Shown in pieces: positions 58,335-64,000 of a stretch of DNA of 64,000 bases. Source of the stretch: an uncultured Fibrobacteria bacterium (lineage in GTDB: Bacteria; Fibrobacterota; Fibrobacteria; UBA11236). The stretch lies in NCBI GenBank assembly GCA_963716395.1, contig OY970309.1, forward strand, positions 1,472,001-1,536,000. The letters run 5' to 3'. Positions within the stretch are counted from its first letter, which is position 1. Each line of letters begins with the position of its first letter. Below the pieces are notes generated by a model. The model had not been told where the DNA came from and ran no database searches. It saw only the letters and a program-made list of their open reading frames with translations. The position numbers and the translations under genes were made by a program.

Positions 58335-59180
58335 TCAGTGGAGCAGGGTCAGCACGGTGTTGGGCACCTGGTTGGCCTGGGCCAACATGGCCGTGGCGCT
58401 TTGCGACAGGATTTGCGCACGGGTGAAATTGGTGGTTTCCGTGGCGAAATTGACGTCGGCGATGCGCGACTCGGCGTCCTGCGTGTTGTAAATCTGGTTG
58501 TCCAGGTTGTTCATGGCGAACTGGAGTCGGTTCACATAGGCGCCCAAATCGGCGCGCACCGTGTTCACCGAAGTCAGCGCGGTGTCGATGAGCGACAGTG
58601 CCGACAAGGCCGAGGCATCGGTGCTTACGCCCGCATTGGCCAATCCCAGCGCGCCCAAAGTCATGGAGCCGATGGAGATGGTGATGCGGTCGACTGAGGT
58701 GCTGGAACCGGCGCCGATGTGCAGCACCGACGACACGCTGCCGGTGGCACCGAACGAACCGGCGGCCCCGTCGAGCAAGGTCATACCGTTGTACGAGGCC
58801 GAACCCGAAATGCGCTGGATTTCCTTGGAGAGCTGCCCGAATTCGGTATTGGTGTAGGAACGCTCGGTAGTGGTCATGGTGTCGGTGGCGCTTTGAATGG
58901 CCAGCTCGCGCATGCGCTGGAGAATGTCGTTGATTTGTCCGGCGGCGCCTTCGGCGATGTTGAGCAGGGCCGAGCCGTCGTTGGCGTTTTGCTTGGCCTG
59001 GGTCATGCCGTTGATGCGGGCGGTCATGGATTGCGAAATCGACAGGCCGGCGGCGTCATCGCTGGCGCGATTGATCCGGAGGCCGGTCGAGAGTTTTTCC
59101 AGGGAAGACGAGAGCGCCGTCTGGTTCTGGGATAGGGCGTCCTGCGTAATCATGGCCGAAATGTTGTGATTAATACGCAT
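58335..59180 (-). CDS. fliC: Flagellin copy 2 (281 aa)
   Basis: Same flagellin motifs; GGAGGT RBS before ATG 59180. Confidence 0.96.
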   Translation of the reverse strand: MRINHNISAMITQDALSQNQTALSSSLEKLSTGLRINRASDDAAGLSISQSMTARINGMTQAKQNANDGSALLNIAEGAAGQINDILQRMRELAIQSATDTMTTTERSYTNTEFGQLSKEIQRISGSASYNGMTLLDGAAGSFGATGSVSSVLHIGAGSSTSVDRITISIGSMTLGALGLANAGVSTDASALSALSLIDTALTSVNTVRADLGAYVNRLQFAMNNLDNQIYNTQDAESRIADVNFATETTNFTRAQILSQSATAMLAQANQVPNTVLTLLH

Positions 59181-59186
59181 GTCAAA

Positions 59187-59231
59187 AACCTCCGTGTTAC
59201 ACGTGTTTCTCTCGCGCATCCTTGCGGAGAG
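59187..59231 (-). promoter_or_regulatory. CsrA-type leader of flagellin 2: CGCA-AGGA-TGCG hairpin plus ACGGA overlapping the SD
   Basis: Minus strand CTCTCCGCAAGGATGCGCGAGAG...AACACGGAGGT. Confidence 0.7.
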
Positions 59232-59252
59232 GTCGGCCGCGCCGATACCTTA

Positions 59253-59279
59253 TTTTCGGCCGGTTTTGAAAAGACTTTA
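59253..59279 (-). promoter_or_regulatory. Sigma28 (FliA)-type promoter of flagellin 2
   Basis: TAAA-N15-GCCGAAAA, one mismatch to the TAAA-N15-GCCGATAA consensus. Confidence 0.8.
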
Positions 59280-59390
59280 ATTTTTACTTGGGCAATCCCT
59301 CGACGCTTCACGCAAGCTTTGAAAATTGCCGAAACTGTCCGGTTTCGGCCGGCTTCGAGGAGCGGGTCAGTCGGTAAAACGGAAATCACG

Positions 59391-59421
59391 AAAAAGGCCG
59401 GAGGGGATATCCCTCCGGCCT
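59391..59421 (-). terminator. Rho-independent terminator after flagellin 1
   Basis: 11-bp stem AGGCCGGAGGG/CCCTCCGGCCT followed by a U tract on the minus strand. Confidence 0.9.
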
Positions 59422-59451
59422 GCGCTTAAAATCCCGGACCCGGAACGGGAA

Positions 59452-60297
59452 TTAGTGCAGCAGGGTCAGCACGGTGTTGGGCACCTGGTTGGCCTGGGCC
59501 AACATGGCCGTGGCGCTTTGCGACAGGATTTGCGCGCGGGTGAACTCGGTGGTTTCCTGGGCGAAATTCACGTCGGCGATGCGCGACTCGGCGTCTTGCG
59601 TGTTGTAAATCTGGTTGTCCAGATTGTTCATGGCGAACTGGAGCCGGTTCACGTAGGCGCCCAAATCGGCGCGCAAGGTGTTCACCGAAGTCAGCGCGGT
59701 GTCGATGAAAGACAGCGCCGACAACGCGGCGGCGTCCGTACTCACGGCGGCCGTGGCCAAGCCCAAGGCGCCCAGGGTGATGGAGCCGATCGTGATGGTG
59801 ATGCGGTCCACCGTGGTGCTGGAACCCGGGCCGATGTGCAACACCGACGACACGCTGCCGTAGGCGCCGAACGAGCCCGCCGCGCCGTCGAGCAGGGTCA
59901 TGCCGTTGTACGAGGCCGAACCGGAAATGCGCTGGATTTCGTTGGCCAACTGCTGGAATTCGGTGTTGGTGTAGGAGCGCTCGGTGGTGGTCATGGTGTC
60001 GGTGGCGCTTTGAATGGCCAACTCGCGCATGCGCTGGAGAATGTCGTTGATTTGTCCGGCGGCGCCTTCGGCGATGTTGAGCAGGGCCGAGCCGTCGTTG
60101 GCGTTTTGCTTGGCCTGGGTCATGCCGGAAATGCGGGCGGTCATGGTTTGCGAAATCGACAGGCCGGCGGCGTCATCGCTGGCGCGATTGATCCGGAGGC
60201 CGGTCGAGAGCTTTTCCAGTGAAGATGAGAGCGCCGTCTGATTATTGGCCAGGGCGTCCTGGGTGATCATCGCGGAGATGTTGTGATTAATGCGCAT
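59452..60297 (-). CDS. fliC: Flagellin copy 1 (281 aa)
   Basis: Same flagellin motifs; AAGGAGGT RBS. Confidence 0.96.
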   Translation of the reverse strand: MRINHNISAMITQDALANNQTALSSSLEKLSTGLRINRASDDAAGLSISQTMTARISGMTQAKQNANDGSALLNIAEGAAGQINDILQRMRELAIQSATDTMTTTERSYTNTEFQQLANEIQRISGSASYNGMTLLDGAAGSFGAYGSVSSVLHIGPGSSTTVDRITITIGSITLGALGLATAAVSTDAAALSALSFIDTALTSVNTLRADLGAYVNRLQFAMNNLDNQIYNTQDAESRIADVNFAQETTEFTRAQILSQSATAMLAQANQVPNTVLTLLH

Positions 60298-60304
60298 GGT
60301 GCCT

Positions 60305-60341
60305 ACCTCCTTGTTCCGCTCCCGGGCCCGCGTCCTTGCGG
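60305..60341 (-). promoter_or_regulatory. CsrA-type leader of flagellin 1: CCGC-AAGGAC-GCGG hairpin plus AAGGA overlapping the SD
   Basis: Minus strand CCGCAAGGACGCGG...AACAAGGAGGT. Confidence 0.7.
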
Positions 60342-60371
60342 CGAGGTGATCGGATCAATCTGTTGATCTTT

Positions 60372-60399
60372 TTTTCGGAAGGTTGCGGGAGAAGGTTTA
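60372..60399 (-). promoter_or_regulatory. Sigma28 (FliA)-type promoter of flagellin 1
   Basis: TAAA-N16-TCCGAAAA on the minus strand. Confidence 0.7.
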
Positions 60400-60589
60400 A
60401 GCATTTTATTGCGAGTCGTGACGGAAAGCGCAAACTTGAAGCAGAGCTTGACGGACAACTGCGAGACGGTTCGCAAAGGCCGTCGCGACGGGGCGAAATG
60501 CAAGTGAAGTCTGCAAAAAAAGTTGAAGCGATCCGCGAAGATTCGCGGCGCGCGGCGCCGCAACATCCGGCAACGGGTCAAAGATGCCG

Positions 60590-61894
60590 CTAGGGCGCGA
60601 GATCGTTGGCGGCGCAGTACACGTTTTCGAAGAGCTGCGGCAGCTTCGCCGTGGGGGTCGCCGAGAAAGCCAGGCGCAGCACGCCGTTGAAATTGATGGT
60701 GCCGGTCGAATATTCACGCAGCAGCCGCTGGCGCAACGCTTCGGCGTCGACGCGCAGCGGACGCACGCACAGGAAATACCCCGAGTTGAACGGCAGCGGA
60801 ACGAAGGCGTTACGGTATTCGGGGTGTTCCGCCAGGATTTTCTTGACCGTTTGGTAGCGCCCGCGCAGCAAATCGTGGGCGCGCCGTTTTTCTTCGGCGT
60901 AGCCCGGCGACGACCAGGCCTGAAGCAGCAGCGACTGCGACGGATGCGGACTGTTGGAGATGTTGCCGCGGATGGCGCCGCCGGTTTTGGCTTCCAGGGC
61001 TTGGTACAGGGCAGGCGTTCCGCCCTGGATTCCGTAGGTCAGAAAACCCACGCGCAAGCCCCAGGCGTAATCTTCTTTGGTGGCGCCGTCGACCTTGACC
61101 GCCAAAAGATTCGGATGCGCATCGCACAGGGGAACGAAAATCGATTCGCGAAACACGCCGGGTTCGAAGACCAAGCCGAAGTAGGCGTCATCGATCAAAG
61201 CCACCACCTTGTCTCCGGACTCCGCCGCTTCGCGCAGCACGGCGGCAATTGCGGCGGCTTCGTCTTGCAGCGGGGTGTACCCCGACGGATTGTTGGGAAA
61301 GTTCAGGCACACGATGCACTTGCCGCCGCGCGGGCCCTCCTGCAATTTGGCGCGCAGGCCGGCGAGGTTGAAACGGCCCTCGGCCGTGAAGGTGGGAAAA
61401 CCGTCGAGCGCGGCGCCGCCGGCCAGGGAAAAGATGAGGTCGTAGTTTTCCCAATACAAATCGGGAAGCACGATGCGATCCCCGGGATCACAAAACAAAT
61501 AAGCGGCCATCGACAGCCCGTGGGTCAAAGCCGCGCACACCACGGGCTGGCTGAAGGTTTTTCCCCGCAGCCCCGGATTTTTTTCCGTCTGCATTTTTTT
61601 CCACAAGGCGCGCAGATCCGGCAGCCCCGGGCTGGGGGCATAGGGAAAGGCCTGGGACTTGGGCAGGCAAATGGCATCGGCCAGGCTGGGCAGGCACAGC
61701 GGGCTGCCGTCTTCGTCGAGCGCGATGCCGATGGTGGCGTTGATGGCCTTGCCTTGGGCTTCGGCCGATTGGGCCAGCACGCCCAGTTTGGGAAAGAAAA
61801 TCTCGCGGCCCCGTCGCGACAGCATGTCGAGCACTTGCGGGTGGGTGGCCGCGATGGCGTCGTTGAGCTGTTGGGCCTGGGGATCGAGCGGCAT
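60590..61894 (-). CDS. Class I/II PLP-dependent aminotransferase
   Basis: NATIG, YWENY, NFPNNPSGY, DDAY, DGATKE...GLRVGF; AGGAG RBS before ATG 61894. Confidence 0.9.
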   Translation of the reverse strand: MPLDPQAQQLNDAIAATHPQVLDMLSRRGREIFFPKLGVLAQSAEAQGKAINATIGIALDEDGSPLCLPSLADAICLPKSQAFPYAPSPGLPDLRALWKKMQTEKNPGLRGKTFSQPVVCAALTHGLSMAAYLFCDPGDRIVLPDLYWENYDLIFSLAGGAALDGFPTFTAEGRFNLAGLRAKLQEGPRGGKCIVCLNFPNNPSGYTPLQDEAAAIAAVLREAAESGDKVVALIDDAYFGLVFEPGVFRESIFVPLCDAHPNLLAVKVDGATKEDYAWGLRVGFLTYGIQGGTPALYQALEAKTGGAIRGNISNSPHPSQSLLLQAWSSPGYAEEKRRAHDLLRGRYQTVKKILAEHPEYRNAFVPLPFNSGYFLCVRPLRVDAEALRQRLLREYSTGTINFNGVLRLAFSATPTAKLPQLFENVYCAANDLAP

Positions 61895-61956
61895 GGGAAT
61901 CTCCTGCGCGGGAAAACGCGATCCCAATTTATTAACCGCCGAAGGCCGCGGGATTA

Positions 61957-62124
61957 GGGTCCGTGAAGAAATAACGGCGTTACCGCGAGGGCGAAGAGTC
62001 GCTTGCCAGGCAAGGCGCGAGGAGCGCGCCTACCGGGAGTATGTACGCGACGAGTCCGCCAGAGGCGGACAGCTTGGCGGGATGAATCTTCGGCCGAATG
62101 GAGCGGTTATTTCTTCACGGACCC
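61957..62124. mobile_element. 168-bp MITE with 19-bp perfect terminal inverted repeats and a TTA target-site duplication
   Basis: GGGTCCGTGAAGAAATAAC (61957-61975) and GTTATTTCTTCACGGACCC (62106-62124); TTA at 61954-61956 and 62125-62127; no credible ORF inside. Confidence 0.85.
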
Positions 62125-63561
62125 TTAACGGCGGCGCGATTTCCGCTTTTGCAGTAAGCGCGCGGCGGTTTGCAATTGGGCCGCCACCGACGCGCCGCCC
62201 GTACCTCCCGCGATGGCGCGCCGCTCCACCGAGGCTGCGAAGGTCAGGCATTTGCGCAGCGCGGCCGCGTTGGGAATAGCGCTCCAGGATTTGTCCGGAA
62301 GATCGAGAAAAGACACGCGAAGCTTTTCGGCGTCGGCCACCAACCGGCCGACGCGGTGATGCGCCTCGCGAAACGGCATTCCGCCTTCAACCAAAAGGTC
62401 GGCCAAATCAGTGGCCAGGAGGGCCGGCAGCATGCGCGCGGTGATGTTTCCCAATTGAAATCGCAAGGAACCCACGGCTTCGGCCATGACCTGCAAACAG
62501 AGGTCGGCCGTTTCCACGGCGTCGAACACCGGCTCTTTGTCTTCCTGCAAATCGCGATCGTAGGCGTGGGGCAAACCTTTGAGCACGGTGAACAAACGCG
62601 CGTAATCGCCGAGCAGGCGGCCGGCTTTGCCCCGCACCAATTCCATGGAATCGGGGTTGCGCTTTTGCGGCATCATGCTCGACCCCGATGTTAAGCCTTC
62701 GTCCAGTTTGAGAAACCCGAATTCCGACGTCGACCAGATCACGAAGTCTTCGGCGTAGCCGCTGAGCAAGACGCCCAGGCAGCCGAGCGCGCCCAGCAAT
62801 TCGAGCGCGAAGTCGCGATGCGCGGTGGCGTCGATGCTGTTGCGCGTGATGCCGGCAAAGCCGAGCCGCCGGGCCACGGCTTCGCGGGCATAGGGAAATG
62901 CCGATCCCGCCAGGGCGCCGGAACCGAGCGGCATTTCGCCGGCTGCGTCAAAGGCGTGTTGCAGCCGCGACTTGTCGCGCTCCAGGGCGAAGAAGAAAGA
63001 CAGCAGATAATGTGCGATGCAAATGGGCTGAGCCTGCTGCAAATGGGTGTAACCCGGCATCAGCTCTTTGCGATACTCCTGTGCGCGTCGCAGCAGGTTG
63101 GCCTGCAAGGTCGCGATGCGGGCCTGCAAACCTTCCACGGCCCTCCTCACATAGAGCCGAAAATCGGTGGCCACCTGATCGTTGCGGCTGCGGCCCGTAT
63201 GCAGTTTTTTTCCCAAGGCGCCGAGGCGTTCGGTGAGAATGCGTTCGACCGCCATGTGAATGTCTTCGTCGCCGGGCGCGAACAAATTTCCCCCGGCTGC
63301 GAGTTCGTCTCGGATTTTCGCCAGCCCCGCCACCAGCCGCGCGCGTTCTCGGGCCGTGATGACGCCGGCCGCCTGCAACCCGTGGGCATGCGCCATGCTG
63401 CCTTCGATGTCTTCGCGGAACAGTTTGCCGTCGACGTGCAGGCTGAAGGAAAGCCGCTGCATCGCCGGCGCCATGCCGCCGGAAAAACGGCCGGCCCACA
63501 GGGCTGCGGGTTGGGCCGGTTGGGGCGCCGCGGTGCGGGGTGGCTTTTTGACGCGTGCCAT
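62125..63561 (-). CDS. argH: Argininosuccinate lyase
   Basis: LWAGRF, EDIH, LHTGRSRNDQ, MPGYTHLQ, GSSMMPQKRNPD, YDRDLQEDKE; start set at ATG 63561. Confidence 0.97.
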   Translation of the reverse strand: MARVKKPPRTAAPQPAQPAALWAGRFSGGMAPAMQRLSFSLHVDGKLFREDIEGSMAHAHGLQAAGVITARERARLVAGLAKIRDELAAGGNLFAPGDEDIHMAVERILTERLGALGKKLHTGRSRNDQVATDFRLYVRRAVEGLQARIATLQANLLRRAQEYRKELMPGYTHLQQAQPICIAHYLLSFFFALERDKSRLQHAFDAAGEMPLGSGALAGSAFPYAREAVARRLGFAGITRNSIDATAHRDFALELLGALGCLGVLLSGYAEDFVIWSTSEFGFLKLDEGLTSGSSMMPQKRNPDSMELVRGKAGRLLGDYARLFTVLKGLPHAYDRDLQEDKEPVFDAVETADLCLQVMAEAVGSLRFQLGNITARMLPALLATDLADLLVEGGMPFREAHHRVGRLVADAEKLRVSFLDLPDKSWSAIPNAAALRKCLTFAASVERRAIAGGTGGASVAAQLQTAARLLQKRKSRRR

Positions 63562-63684
63562 AAAAACTGCCCGCAACAGCCGGGCCTGCGCAAAGATAGG
63601 CAAGGCAACCCGGCGACAAGGCCATGAAAGCGACCGGCGTTTACTTTTGTGGGCGCGGATTATCCCGCGACTTCGGAGGTTCGG

Positions 63685-63963
63685 ATGGCCGTGAAATACG
63701 TGCTTTTGTATGCCACTTCGTCCGACCCGGAGGCGCTCGCCTTGGCGGCGATGCACTTCCCGGCCCACCGCGCCCGGCTTAATGCCTTTCACGAGCGCGG
63801 TTTGCTGCTCATGGTGGGTCCGTTCTCCCAATTTGAAGAAGGCGCCATGGGGATTTTCACCTCGCGCGAAGCCGTGGAAGAATTCGTACGCGAAGATCCC
63901 TTCGTTTTGAACGGCGTGGTGAAGTCGTGGTCGGTGCGCGAGTGGCGCGAGATTTTTGTTTGA
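63685..63963 (+). CDS. YciI-family protein
   Basis: HFPAHRARL...GLLLMVGPF...GAMGIF...EDPFV..G; GGAGG RBS. Confidence 0.85.
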   Translation: MAVKYVLLYATSSDPEALALAAMHFPAHRARLNAFHERGLLLMVGPFSQFEEGAMGIFTSREAVEEFVREDPFVLNGVVKSWSVREWREIFV

Positions 63964-63977
63964 TGTGGCGAGGCCGG

Positions 63978-63997
63978 CCCTTCGACAGGTTCAGGGA
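63978..63997. repeat. Possible REP-like short extragenic element at the window edge
   Basis: CCCTTCGACAGGTTCAGGGA resembles a dispersed CCCTTCGACAGGCTCAGGG-type repeat recalled from other bacterial genomes; single copy here. Confidence 0.3.
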
Positions 63998-64000
63998 CCG

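Noticed and set aside
57289-60297. About 1.05-1.1 kb periodicity considered as a repeat array, DGR template/variable pair or silent-cassette system
   Set aside because: Each unit is an intact flagellin with its own promoter and RBS; there is no reverse transcriptase or recombinase in the window and no adenine-specific differences were seen

Overview
Mostly GC-rich (roughly 60-65% by eye), gene-dense bacterial chromosome segment with about 55 CDS and no rRNA, tRNA, CRISPR array or transposase visible. Several traits point to the FCB superphylum, most likely a flagellated member of Fibrobacterota (inference): Bacteroidota-type PurM and SdhCAB, T9SS-like C-terminal domains, an ALAKTAA linker and TAnnTTTG promoter-like boxes. 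From left to right it holds: a mini flagellar-rod-like gene; amgK; a lower-GC surface-glycosylation island (FkbM and C-methyltransferases, two GT4, a flippase-like protein, YfhO, a LamG protein with a perfect CRP/FNR-type box); murU-namZ; ssb; a Wzx flippase; an FGE-domain protein; a WcaJ-like priming transferase; purM; a lipoprotein-OmpA pair; sdhCAB; an S9 peptidase; a sigma54-type regulator; and lptD-maf-rodZ-hisB. Next is a 13 kb co-oriented run (marR, TonB receptor, lipoprotein, exbB, exbD, tonB, an unannotated 51-aa ORF, bioA, a pseudo-receiver, a SAM methyltransferase, bshC, bshB1, bshA, Phd, VapC). It ends with pabAB, PAP2, a GGDEF-EAL protein, three tandem 281-aa flagellins, an aminotransferase, a 168-bp MITE in the argH stop codon, argH and yciI. 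The best leads are a complete bacillithiol operon led by a coupled methyltransferase (candidate N-methyl-bacillithiol pathway) and a mosaic flagellin triplet in which each gene has its own sigma28 promoter and a conserved CsrA-type GGA hairpin. The MITE, the bioA-coupled small protein and signs of leaderless or Bacteroidota-like promoters also stand out. All calls come from motif recognition by eye; no database search was run.
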